A stretch of 64,000 nt of DNA from a bacterium (GTDB lineage: Bacteria > Patescibacteriota > UBA1384 > VFKW01): positions 512-64,511 of the forward strand of contig JAUSIS010000009.1 of NCBI GenBank assembly GCA_030647355.1. The letters run 5' to 3'. This document shows positions 18,117 to 27,141 of this stretch, piece after piece. Made by a program: the position numbers and the translations under genes. Position 1 is the first letter of the stretch. The number at the start of each line of letters is the position of its first letter. Below the pieces are notes generated by a model that was given only the letters and a program-made list of their open reading frames with translations, was not told the DNA's origin and did no database searches.

Positions 18117-18464
18117 ATGGGAAATACGGATTTGATTGTGGTAATCGCGCTCATCGCCGCGGTAACTGCACTCGTTGCTGTGGTAATGCATATCGTCTTA
18201 CAACGCCAGGCGGAAGCAGAGAATAAAGAGGAACGAGAAGACCTCATCAAAGTGCATGGCCGTCAAGCAGACTTGCTATACGAACTCGCCAAAAAAGGGA
18301 AAATGCCTGCGGAGGCGTGGATCGCAATCTATGCGGTACTATCACAGGATTGGGATCCTGACAGGCGGGCATTGCTCGAACGGCGGATTAAGGAGATGGG
18401 GCTGGAGGGCATCTCCGATCTGCTCAAAGCACTGCGAGAGGCGGCTTCTGGAGACACTAAATAA
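18117..18464 (+). CDS. Hypothetical protein with N-terminal TM anchor
   Basis: GGGAGG RBS, hydrophobic N-terminus. Confidence 0.6.
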   Translation: MGNTDLIVVIALIAAVTALVAVVMHIVLQRQAEAENKEEREDLIKVHGRQADLLYELAKKGKMPAEAWIAIYAVLSQDWDPDRRALLERRIKEMGLEGISDLLKALREAASGDTK

Positions 18465-18527
18465 GTTGCCTGCATCAACTCACTGCAGATTTCGATATTT
18501 ACGGGTGGAGATTCCACCCTCTTTTTA

Positions 18528-18866
18528 TCAATATAATTTTGAGCCGATGATGGCGTTTTCTTTGTCAGGAACCACGAGGATGCACTCATCTGATTCGTCA
18601 GGCGTGCCAAGGGTGAGCACTTCGGAAACAAATGGGCCGATTTGGCGAGGAGGAAAATTGATGACGCCAAGTATTTTCTTGCCGATTAATTCTTTTTTTT
18701 TATAATTGCTGGCAATACCAGCACTGGATAATTTGATGCCTATTTCGTCGCCGAAATTTATTTTTAGCTTATAGGAAGGGTGGCGTTTGGCTTCGGGGAA
18801 GTCATCGACTTCCACTATCTCCCCTACTCTGATGTCTAGTTTTTCATAATCTTCTATTGTTGCCAT
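18528..18866 (-). CDS. csaA: CsaA / Trbp111-like tRNA-binding OB-fold protein
   Basis: DIRVGEIV.V.DFPEA...SYKL.I.FG.EIG.K.SSA...VINFPPRQIGPF.SEVLTLG. Confidence 0.9.
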   Translation of the reverse strand: MATIEDYEKLDIRVGEIVEVDDFPEAKRHPSYKLKINFGDEIGIKLSSAGIASNYKKKELIGKKILGVINFPPRQIGPFVSEVLTLGTPDESDECILVVPDKENAIIGSKLY

Positions 18867-18950
18867 AGTTCTCCTTTGTTATTGATTTTATCTTATTGAT
18901 AGAAAAATAAAAAGAGCCTGCGGTTTAATGCAGGCTGTATGTCGGATAGA

Positions 18951-20036
18951 TCAGGAGTTGGTGATGGAGCCGCCGGCTGCCAGCCATTGCTGGCCTTGTA
19001 TCGTTGACACCCACGATCGCCCCTTGCCGTACTTGCCACTGACGGGCTTGCTCTCCGTGCATAGCGGGCATTCGGAATCTACCCAGGATTCCATCGCTAT
19101 CTTGACTAGCGCGCTTAGCGATACTCCACACAGGTCGTCAGAGGTGACTCCGCCACGATCAGCGATGACCGAAAGGCCGATAATCTCGGCGATTTCCTGG
19201 ATCGCTACGATCATTCTCTTGGCAGAACCGCCCGTGGTGGTGATGTCCTCGATTAGGCCGACTTTCTGACCCTCGATTTTCGACCGGAACGGTCCAAGGT
19301 CCATGGGGACATCGCGGGCGATTTGCCTGTCGAACTCCGTATAGACGGCTTTCACGGGCCGATTTCCCACGATTGAGAGATAGTCAGCGAATCCATGGGC
19401 AATCGGAATACCGGCGCCTGGAGGAGAAACGACTATCTCAACTTCACGCTCCAGGAATCGTTGGGCTTGTTGGAAGACTCCGATGGCCTTTGGGTATTCA
19501 CTGGTGATTGCCCAATCTAATCCGGTGAAGCAACCGTTGGCTATGTCAAAGATATCAACAATGCCGACGATGTTTCCTGGATTAGCGCGGAGAACCGTTT
19601 CCGTTGTTCTTCGCTCTCTTCTGAAGCCTTCAATGATTAGCACCCGATGGCCGGCGATGTCTTCATCGAACCCGCGCTTGAGGATTATGGGATCTGTATC
19701 TGTCCCCTCATAGCGCGGCTGGACGAAGGCAGCATTGACCGGGCGCTTCTCAACTCGGGAAATGTGGCGAGCAACGCCATGAGCAAAAGCGATACCACCT
19801 TCCGCCGGGCCGACGATTGTTGCCACTCCCGTTCCAAGGAACGGCTGTGCAAGTCCCCCATAGAAGGCTAGTACATCCGGATACAACCGGCCGATCGCAT
19901 CCTTATTGATATAGCGATCGGAATGCCGCCATACTCCGTCGGCCTTGGGGGTAAGAGCGAAGTGCCCTTCGAGCAGCGAGCCGGATTTCTTCAGTCCTTC
20001 TGAATAATCAGTTTGGTCTTTCTGCAAGTTTTTCAC
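18951..20036 (-). CDS. pyrE: Orotate phosphoribosyltransferase-like protein with tandem PRT domains
   Basis: LLEGHF.L....HSDRYINKD N-terminus; two PRT-like repeats; intact LIEDITTTGGS only in the second; C-terminal ECPLC...GKG; directly downstream of pyrF. Confidence 0.75.
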   Translation of the reverse strand: MKNLQKDQTDYSEGLKKSGSLLEGHFALTPKADGVWRHSDRYINKDAIGRLYPDVLAFYGGLAQPFLGTGVATIVGPAEGGIAFAHGVARHISRVEKRPVNAAFVQPRYEGTDTDPIILKRGFDEDIAGHRVLIIEGFRRERRTTETVLRANPGNIVGIVDIFDIANGCFTGLDWAITSEYPKAIGVFQQAQRFLEREVEIVVSPPGAGIPIAHGFADYLSIVGNRPVKAVYTEFDRQIARDVPMDLGPFRSKIEGQKVGLIEDITTTGGSAKRMIVAIQEIAEIIGLSVIADRGGVTSDDLCGVSLSALVKIAMESWVDSECPLCTESKPVSGKYGKGRSWVSTIQGQQWLAAGGSITNS

Positions 20037-20078
20037 CTCCTTTCCTGCAGAGTTTGAAGTTCGGTAGAACGGTGACGA

Positions 20079-20831
20079 TCATCCGCGCTGGATGAGCTGG
20101 CGGGTCATCTCCTGGGCGTTGAGCGCCATCTGGCGAGGCGAAGCAAGGATGCCTTTCGCCTTTTCGTAGACACCCGATCCGATGATCGGGGTGAAGTACG
20201 GACCGGCGACCTTTGCCGTTTCCGAGATGACACCCAACTGATCAATGAACCCGGGAGCCCACAGGCGGAAGAACCGCCCTCTGGGTACCAGACCGTCAAT
20301 CAGATCGAAGTACTTCTTGACGAATTCGACCTTGTTGCCCGGAACGACGAAGTTCCTCACTCCCAGCCCGACGGCGAGCCGGAAGATGCGCTCGGGAGCG
20401 TCATCGGCGATATAGCCGCCCTCGCAGACGAGGAATTGCGCGTGCGTCATGTGAGCACCCACGAGAACTTCCAGCCCGGCTTCCCGACAGGCTTCTGTCC
20501 ATGCTATCTGGGTTGTTGGGCCAGCCAGCGGGAAGAGAATAACTTCATCCACTCCCGCCGCCTTGAGCATCTTGGCGAACTTGACGCCCATCTGCGGAAT
20601 GTCGGTGCCCGCCTTCTGGTGATCGTAGACGATCGGCTTGTTGGTTATTGCCTTGATCCGGCCGACCTTGCGCTTGAGTCCTTCGTTGCCACCGGACAGC
20701 GTAATGCCGACTTTGAAGGCGGAAACACCGGGAACTTGGTGCGTCGCCTTGACGAGGACTGTCACTTCTTCCGATTCCACATCGCAAGCGATTGCGATTC
20801 CATTTGGACCTACTAACGGTACTGTTGCCAT
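20079..20831 (-). CDS. pyrF: Orotidine-5'-phosphate decarboxylase (short, HUMPS-like type)
   Basis: IACDV, FKVG, YDHQKAGTDIP (variant of DxKxxDIP), ILFP.AGP, MTH, VVPG, APG...Q.G, IIGS.VY. Confidence 0.8.
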   Translation of the reverse strand: MATVPLVGPNGIAIACDVESEEVTVLVKATHQVPGVSAFKVGITLSGGNEGLKRKVGRIKAITNKPIVYDHQKAGTDIPQMGVKFAKMLKAAGVDEVILFPLAGPTTQIAWTEACREAGLEVLVGAHMTHAQFLVCEGGYIADDAPERIFRLAVGLGVRNFVVPGNKVEFVKKYFDLIDGLVPRGRFFRLWAPGFIDQLGVISETAKVAGPYFTPIIGSGVYEKAKGILASPRQMALNAQEMTRQLIQRG

Positions 20832-21064
20832 AGTTTTTTCTTCCTTCGTTGTGTATTTGGACTTGCGGTAATACAATGGCGACTAGACTTCACCTCCAGG
20901 TGTCCGCATTGGAAAGCGGTAGATTGTATGGTACAAACCAATTCCAAAATTTGAAACTGGTTATTGTGAAGCGATTATATCTTAAGATTATAGGAAAAGC
21001 AAGGCGATGGAGCTAATATTGACTATGGGCATAAGGAAAGTTAAGCTAGAATCAAAGGAGGAAA

Positions 21065-21532
21065 ATGGATACAAATACAATTTTGGTAATAGTTGTGATC
21101 GTGGGAATCGTTGCCCTAGTTATTTATTTGTATATCAAGAGGTTAAACTCGGCCTGGAAAGGCACGCTTATCGACAAGCAGATTGTGCAAAGACAAGTTG
21201 TTGAGAATTCAGGAAGTCGTAATGCCAGTGGTATGAGAACAACAAGAATGGAAACGACTTATGAGATGAAATTTGATACCGAGGAAGGGAAACGAATCGT
21301 GTTATCTGTAAAGGAAGAGTTGTATAATTCATCAGTAGTGGGTGAAAAGTTTGAAAAAGTTAAGGGCGAATATATGCCAAAGAAAATAGAGGTAAATGCG
21401 CAGGAATCCACAGTTGTTCAACCGCCGATAGCTGCGCCAGAATCTTCCATTGCTCAAGCACCTTCAGTTGCAACCGATCAGACCACTATTCCCAATCAGC
21501 CGCCTTCTGACGAGGGGCAGGATCAAGTATAA
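21065..21532 (+). CDS. Membrane-anchored hypothetical protein
   Basis: AAGGAGG RBS; TM helix, W.G.LIDK...G..FEK.KGE..P motif, disordered tail. Confidence 0.7.
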   Translation: MDTNTILVIVVIVGIVALVIYLYIKRLNSAWKGTLIDKQIVQRQVVENSGSRNASGMRTTRMETTYEMKFDTEEGKRIVLSVKEELYNSSVVGEKFEKVKGEYMPKKIEVNAQESTVVQPPIAAPESSIAQAPSVATDQTTIPNQPPSDEGQDQV

Positions 21533-21652
21533 AGTGGATTTTTTATTGAATATGTTGAGTGAGGTGGTTTCGGTACCGACATGCCATGTTTTGGCGCTGA
21601 CAACGCCAGAGGTTCAAAGGGAAGGATTTAGTAATTGAACAAAAAAGTACAT

Positions 21653-22966
21653 TCATTTGTTTCTCTCAATTATTTCTTTGATAATCTCTAAATTATTCTT
21701 TTTCCAATCGATTTTGTTTTTTTCTTCCTTCCACCAAAGCATAAGTGAAACTAAGCAATATATAGATCGAATTGCTTCATAATCATCAATCTGCATTCTT
21801 GATTTATGCGATACATTATTACGGTAGATTATTAGTTCATCAATATTTTTCGCAATTTGGCTCGGAAAAAGATAGGTTCGTTTTTCTTTTCCTGATAATT
21901 CATTTATTTTTGTATTGATTCTGCTCGTCTGAATATTAAAAAGTTGGAAAATTTTTCTAACTAAATCCAGATCAACTATTGTTTCTGGGTTATTTAGATC
22001 CATAGATAACTCTTCTCGGTTAATTTTTTTAGTTTCAGGCTGCTTATTCCCCATGGAATTAATTACTTTGTTGTAGATTAGGTTATAGATATTCCCTAAG
22101 GGCATCTCTGGGCAGGGATCTCGGAATAAGGTTTCGAATATTTGTATTAAGTACTCTTCAGCAAGTAAACCTGCGGAACTTATACTTGCAGAATACTGTC
22201 CATCTTTATACTCAGACGACATCTTCTCTACATGGGAGAATTCCCTTGGATCGCAGATATGGCTTGTTACAGATTCTAGAAAATAGACATACGGAGAAAA
22301 AACCTCCTCTTTTGGTGAGTATATTGGTAAAATCGAGGTATTCTTTACTTGCCCCAAAAGAAGAAAGAAATTATTGAGCTCTTCCAATGGCTTGGCGTTG
22401 ATGGAAGTGAAGGAAATTTTTCGGTCTTTATCGTTTCTATATGAATGTTCATAAGCCCGTGGGGTTGGCTTATCTAAAGGTATGATCATTCCTGATTTGA
22501 TTTTTATGAAGTTTTCATCTCTGATTAGAGGATTGAAATCTTCATAGTTGATGTGTTCTTTAAAATAATCTATTGCTTCATTGTATTGTTTTTTTATTTT
22601 TGTCAGACCAATAAATCTAACCACAGAAGACAGCTCGGATAATAAAAATTCATCATAGCGAATTTTTATACTTTGATCTGCTAGCAAGTAGAATAGCGAC
22701 AAAATCGCTGCCGGAGACAATATAAGTTGATTTATAATCTCCTCGATATTAGTTTGTTTAGAATTAATTTTATTGTCTTCTTTTTTGAGTTGGTTTTCTA
22801 GGAAGCCTGAAAACCCTTCATGCCTAGACCAATCTCCTTTAAAAATCCAAATGCCCGAATTAGTCGGGTTCTTTAAGTATCCACTTACTTGCCGGATATC
22901 TCTTTCATCTACAAGTATCTTCCTAATATTCGGTCGAAATATCCGTCTAGGACGATTAACTCTCAT
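21653..22966 (-). CDS. AT-rich protein with a C-terminal HEPN-like domain (RNNVSH)
   Basis: YSASISSAGLLAEEYL first helix and IYRNNVSH R-x4-H motif followed by a terminal helix; much lower GC than its neighbours. Confidence 0.6.
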   Translation of the reverse strand: MRVNRPRRIFRPNIRKILVDERDIRQVSGYLKNPTNSGIWIFKGDWSRHEGFSGFLENQLKKEDNKINSKQTNIEEIINQLILSPAAILSLFYLLADQSIKIRYDEFLLSELSSVVRFIGLTKIKKQYNEAIDYFKEHINYEDFNPLIRDENFIKIKSGMIIPLDKPTPRAYEHSYRNDKDRKISFTSINAKPLEELNNFFLLLGQVKNTSILPIYSPKEEVFSPYVYFLESVTSHICDPREFSHVEKMSSEYKDGQYSASISSAGLLAEEYLIQIFETLFRDPCPEMPLGNIYNLIYNKVINSMGNKQPETKKINREELSMDLNNPETIVDLDLVRKIFQLFNIQTSRINTKINELSGKEKRTYLFPSQIAKNIDELIIYRNNVSHKSRMQIDDYEAIRSIYCLVSLMLWWKEEKNKIDWKKNNLEIIKEIIERNK

Positions 22967-23057
22967 ATTTTCCCTTTCTTGCCTTCAGGATAGCACTCGA
23001 GAATTTTTTGTCAAATTGGATTGAACAAAAAAGGGAATAAAAAGAGGGCTCGGATGG

Positions 23058-24137
23058 TTACGAGCCCTTGATGATGGTGAGTTCGGTGCTTTGGCTGATT
23101 CGATCCATGGCCGACTGCACTTCAGCAGACTCTGTGTTCTGCTGAAGTCCGAGCCGAAACCTGAATCCGCTCCCAGATGGATAGGAGAAGATCGAAGTCA
23201 GGTTAACGCCTGTCTCGCTTAGGATAGTTAGCGGCTGTACCAGGAGCCCAGGGAGGTCTTGTGTTGCCTCCAAAGTTACCTTGTACTCATGCGACCAGTC
23301 GGCAACTATACGGTTCAAATCCTGGAAGAGGTCGTATCCGTCCTGAATTACCGGCGCCGTGAAATGCTCACGGCTGGCGGTGAATTCATTGATGAAGCTG
23401 TCCCTGTCACCGGACTTGACAATCTCATACAGGTGTTGGACCGCTTGAACAAACGCATCCAAGACCTTGACTGTGGCTGGGTTGCACATCTGAATGTCAC
23501 AGTAAAGCTCGGGGTCTTGACGAAGAAGCCTTCCCATGAGGCTCTGCGATATACGGTAGAATGGGCTGGTGTAAGTGAGACTATCAGCCACATCAACACC
23601 AATTTCCCGTAAGACAGCCGCCGATGCCATCTGGTTGAAATGAGGCATCGCCTGGACAAAAGCCATCATGAGATCGTGGTCTACCGGATTGGCCATCTTG
23701 ACCTTGGCTTGCAGCCTCGTGAGCACTTCAAGCATCCAAGCGTTCCACCAGTCAGAACAGGGTTCTGTCAGGCAGGTGACTACTGTCTGACCATGCAAGT
23801 TGGTCGTAGGAGGGGCGCACATTGGGTGCAGCCCAACCACATTTGCTTCTGATTTGAGCATTGACTCCACTTGAAGTTCTTTCAATGAAGTAACGTCAAA
23901 CCAGAATTGAGTAGGACGGGCATATGGCACAACTTGCTCGATTACTTCACAGGTGACTCTCGGCGGTACCGAGAAGATCACCACATCGGATCGTTCGACG
24001 ACATCCCGATTGCTTAGATGGCTTTCCAAGATGTCAGACCCTATAACAGGGTAGCCCATCTGTTTGAATACCCGTTCGAGCCATTGACCATATCTGCCAC
24101 GAAGGCCAATGATACCGATGATGAGGTTTCTTTCCAA
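23058..24137 (-). CDS. tyrA: Prephenate/arogenate dehydrogenase with C-terminal ACT domain
   Basis: IIG..GRYG Rossmann, DVTSLK, GLHPM..P, HD..MA.VQ...HF; ACT motif DLPGLL...L.ILSETGVNLTSIFS. Confidence 0.85.
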   Translation of the reverse strand: MERNLIIGIIGLRGRYGQWLERVFKQMGYPVIGSDILESHLSNRDVVERSDVVIFSVPPRVTCEVIEQVVPYARPTQFWFDVTSLKELQVESMLKSEANVVGLHPMCAPPTTNLHGQTVVTCLTEPCSDWWNAWMLEVLTRLQAKVKMANPVDHDLMMAFVQAMPHFNQMASAAVLREIGVDVADSLTYTSPFYRISQSLMGRLLRQDPELYCDIQMCNPATVKVLDAFVQAVQHLYEIVKSGDRDSFINEFTASREHFTAPVIQDGYDLFQDLNRIVADWSHEYKVTLEATQDLPGLLVQPLTILSETGVNLTSIFSYPSGSGFRFRLGLQQNTESAEVQSAMDRISQSTELTIIKGS

Positions 24138-24409
24138 GCGTCTTCCCTCCTTTTGCTTGGCGTTCTAGATTTTGGTATTTGCATGTTAAGAGTACTGCTC
24201 TGCGTATTATATATAGTATATACCACAGAGTCAAGAAAAAAGGTGGCTGGGTGAGGTTTGGCAAATTAGATTGAACAAAGGCTCCTTGGGAGGTTGACTT
24301 TCTTCAGTTGTTGTGGTATTATTGTACATTATCAGATTGCTTACTCTTAATACACCCATAGTGGGCTAGGGTAGGCATATGACGGAGGACTGGTTGGAGG
24401 TCTTCAGAT

Positions 24410-24892
24410 ATGACCGTAGAAACCCTGTATGACCAGCTTGACGAAATCGCTAAGCTCCCAAAGGAACAGCACCGAGAGGCGGCTCAACCCATCATTGACG
24501 GTATTATCGCGGGGCTGAATTCGTCAGACATCGGTGCAATAAGCCAGGCATCGGCAGCGATCAATCATGAAGTAATGAGCGGGGATGATGGCCTTTTCGG
24601 CGATGAGGTCGGCAAGGACATGATAGTCAACTGCGTCATCGCCCGCGCATTTGTGCAAGCACTTCAGGCGCAGACCGATCGTCGGCTTCGGGCAGAAATC
24701 ATCGAGAGTGCCTGGGAATTCGTTGACAACAACTTTCCCGGTGATGAGGCGGCACCCGAGCTGTACACTGCACTCCAGCAAGCCGCACGGAGCACTGAAG
24801 GAGAAGCTCTCGAGTATGCCAAGAAAGCGATCAAGATACTCGAGGAAGACTACCCTGAACTGCTGGCAGCGAATCCTGAACCCGGGGATTAG
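24410..24892 (+). CDS. Acidic all-helical hypothetical protein
   Basis: GGAGG RBS, own TTGACT-17-TATTAT promoter and GAAGACCG/CGGTCTTC-T terminator. Confidence 0.65.
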   Translation: MTVETLYDQLDEIAKLPKEQHREAAQPIIDGIIAGLNSSDIGAISQASAAINHEVMSGDDGLFGDEVGKDMIVNCVIARAFVQALQAQTDRRLRAEIIESAWEFVDNNFPGDEAAPELYTALQQAARSTEGEALEYAKKAIKILEEDYPELLAANPEPGD

Positions 24893-25009
24893 ACATTCCC
24901 AACATATGAAGACCGTAAGTGGCTACCCTAGCACCCGGTCTTCTTTTTTGGGGTAGGGGATGTCAAGGTGGCGGTTGATTGAATATATATATTATGCTAC
25001 AGTGACATA

Positions 25010-25155
25010 AATAGGAACAACATGCTTTTGACAAAAACGATTAAAACTTGGTCAAGTTTCGCGCAAGAACTCGTTGCCTTCCGAGAGGGTAGGTTTTGAG
25101 TTCTCTTTGAGTACTTAAGACCTTGAAGCCTGCCCATCTCGGACGGGCTTTTTTG
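25010..25155 (+). ncRNA. Candidate structured leader or small RNA ending in an intrinsic terminator
   Basis: Promoter TTGATT-17-TACAGT (24975-25003); stems AAACTTG/CAAGTTT, GAACTC/GAGTTC enclosing CCTTCC-GAGA-GGGTAGG, then the terminator AAGCCTGCCC/GGACGGGCTT-TTTT. Confidence 0.4.
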
Positions 25156-25179
25156 TTGTCCAAAAAAAAGGAGGGTATC

Positions 25180-25506
25180 GTGTCTGGAAAAGAAAAGTGG
25201 TATCTGTGCGTCTCGTTAATGCCCGGGGACAAGAAGCCGAAGGTGGAAATCCTTTCTTCAAATTATGTCCCTGCCGAGGGTGGGGAGATAAAAATCTTCG
25301 GTCAGTTTGACAGCGAAGATGACGCAAAAGAAGTCAGGAAGGGTCTCGGCGATCGGCAACTTCTGAATGATTGGAAAAGCGGGCTGATCAAGAACTATTC
25401 GAGACTATTGGAGATGGATTGCAATGGTTATTGTGGACTTTACCCCGAGCCACCGAGGGGAGAATTGGGAACTGACGGCAGATATTACGAAGACGATGGC
25501 GCGTGA
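25180..25506 (+). CDS. Hypothetical protein
   Basis: GTG start after an AGGAGGG RBS; followed by an AGCGGTTGC-TTCG-GCAACCGCT-T terminator. Confidence 0.6.
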   Translation: MSGKEKWYLCVSLMPGDKKPKVEILSSNYVPAEGGEIKIFGQFDSEDDAKEVRKGLGDRQLLNDWKSGLIKNYSRLLEMDCNGYCGLYPEPPRGELGTDGRYYEDDGA

Positions 25507-25640
25507 ATCAAATGCTATGCTTAGCGGTTGCTTCGGCAACCGCTTTTTTTGAAGTGGATGGTAAAGTCGGGGAATATTGAAAATAAAAATACCCCGCCGA
25601 GGCGGGGGTTGTGATAGGGTTGTGTTGAGAGATTGGCGAC

Positions 25641-26408
25641 CTAGCCTTTGACGCCAGCTGCTTGGGCGACAATGAAGACCTTCTGAATGAACTCTAGCAG
25701 AAAGCGTTCGCGGCGGGTGAAGTAGATTACCTTCTGCGTCGGAACACACTTGCCAGCTTCCAGGGCGCGCGCAATCATTTCCAGAGCGCGTATTTGCACC
25801 CGATGCTCCACGGGCAGAAGCCGTTGCTGAAGCTCATTGGCTTTCTCGTTCTTATCAACAGGTATGCCCTCACAGTGGATTATGGCTCCGCTATCGTACT
25901 GACCACCGACGAGTTGAGCGGTGGCAACGGTCTCCAATTCCCGCTTGACAAGCTGGGAGAGGACAACCATAGCGATGTGCGGCCAGATGCCGAAGAAGCT
26001 TTTTCCACCAACGCCGTTGGTTAAGGCGGGGTGCTGATTGACTCCCCAGTACTTCTCCAAGACATTCTCCGGCGTCTTCGGCAGCCAGCCATATTGTCCG
26101 AAGAGGTCAATCTTGAATTCGTCAAAGATTGCAATGAGCGCCCGGCCGAAAGCCACTTTGTCTTTGCCGTAGTCCTCCGGGTTGCAGGTACGGATGCAGT
26201 CTTTGGGGAATCCGGCGGCGATCAGCTTCTGTTTGGCGCCGGCACTGGGGTCGCTGATGACAACACAGACGACCTCAATCAAGCCGTGTAGGATTCCTGT
26301 AGCCAGTGTGGCCATGAAGACTGCCAAGGCGGTGGTGCCGCCGCCGGAAGCCAGGATAACCAGACGAAGTGGCAGCTTCTTGCGCAGGATTCGTTTCGTA
26401 AGATTCAT
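25641..26408 (-). CDS. purN: Phosphoribosylglycinamide formyltransferase (divergent)
   Basis: LVILASGGGT, NQHPAL...GG...FG..PH, YDSGAII, LQQRLLPVEH. Confidence 0.8.
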   Translation of the reverse strand: MNLTKRILRKKLPLRLVILASGGGTTALAVFMATLATGILHGLIEVVCVVISDPSAGAKQKLIAAGFPKDCIRTCNPEDYGKDKVAFGRALIAIFDEFKIDLFGQYGWLPKTPENVLEKYWGVNQHPALTNGVGGKSFFGIWPHIAMVVLSQLVKRELETVATAQLVGGQYDSGAIIHCEGIPVDKNEKANELQQRLLPVEHRVQIRALEMIARALEAGKCVPTQKVIYFTRRERFLLEFIQKVFIVAQAAGVKG

Positions 26409-26612
26409 TAAGTATACGATCCCCTTTCCAGATGTTGGGTTACTAAACCTATGTTAAGTATATACCGGCGGGGAAGATAAAAGTCAATCTAGATCACAGG
26501 GATTCTTATGAGATTGCTTTTTGAACTAATCAGCGATTGCGATTTAGCTACTTTATTAATAAAAATAGGGGCGGTATGGTAACCGACCCTTGGTTGGTGT
26601 GCTGGCTGATTC

Positions 26613-27068
26613 TTATTGCTCATCCTTTTCTGGTCCACCCTCGTTGTTTTCCCGTTTCAGGCATGCTATTTCGTCTTTCTTGAAACGCATGCGGCCGAGT
26701 ATCCGCTGGATGATGAAGATGGCTTCGAATTTGCTCATCGCATCCGTTGTATAATCCACAAAGACCATGATCGGTTGCGATATGACTATGAGGGCAGTCC
26801 AGGTGATCGGCACGTCCAGCCAATTATGCGTAACATGGACCGTTTGCCTTGAACATAGCTGCACTACGATCGCCACCCAGTGGGAGAAGCAGTAATGACA
26901 CTTGATAAGCTCAAGGTAGTCCTTGGCTGGGGTATTGCCGAACTTATCGGTCAGCCAAACACGAAATGCTTTGAATATTCGGGTACGGGTGACATCATAG
27001 CTGATGATCGCTACGAGCGTGCTTAGCGTAAGCAGCTGCAGGAAACTCAAATCAATCGCCTCCTCCAT
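26613..27068 (-). CDS. DUF1360-like membrane protein
   Basis: TM helices with IF...R.W and ELIKCHYCFSHW (C-x2-C-x3-W). Confidence 0.7.
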   Translation of the reverse strand: MEEAIDLSFLQLLTLSTLVAIISYDVTRTRIFKAFRVWLTDKFGNTPAKDYLELIKCHYCFSHWVAIVVQLCSRQTVHVTHNWLDVPITWTALIVISQPIMVFVDYTTDAMSKFEAIFIIQRILGRMRFKKDEIACLKRENNEGGPEKDEQ

Positions 27069-27141
27069 GGTAAAATCAACTCGACGCGTTTGTATATCGC
27101 ATTATTATATTTTTTTGCTTCTCTGTCAAGCAATAAAGAGC

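Larger units (their letters stand above)
21634..24279 (+). repeat. Three dispersed direct copies of a (CAAATTRG)ATTGAACAAA(AAAG) motif at unit boundaries (21634, 23012/23020, 24262)
   Basis: ATTGAACAAAAAAG is identical at 21634-21647 and 23020-23033; CAAATTGGATTGAACAAA 23012-23029 matches CAAATTAGATTGAACAAA 24262-24279 at 17/18. Confidence 0.6.

Noticed and set aside
20832-20945. PyrR-binding attenuator upstream of pyrF
   Set aside because: No AGUCCAGAGAGGCU-like loop and no U-tailed terminator visible.
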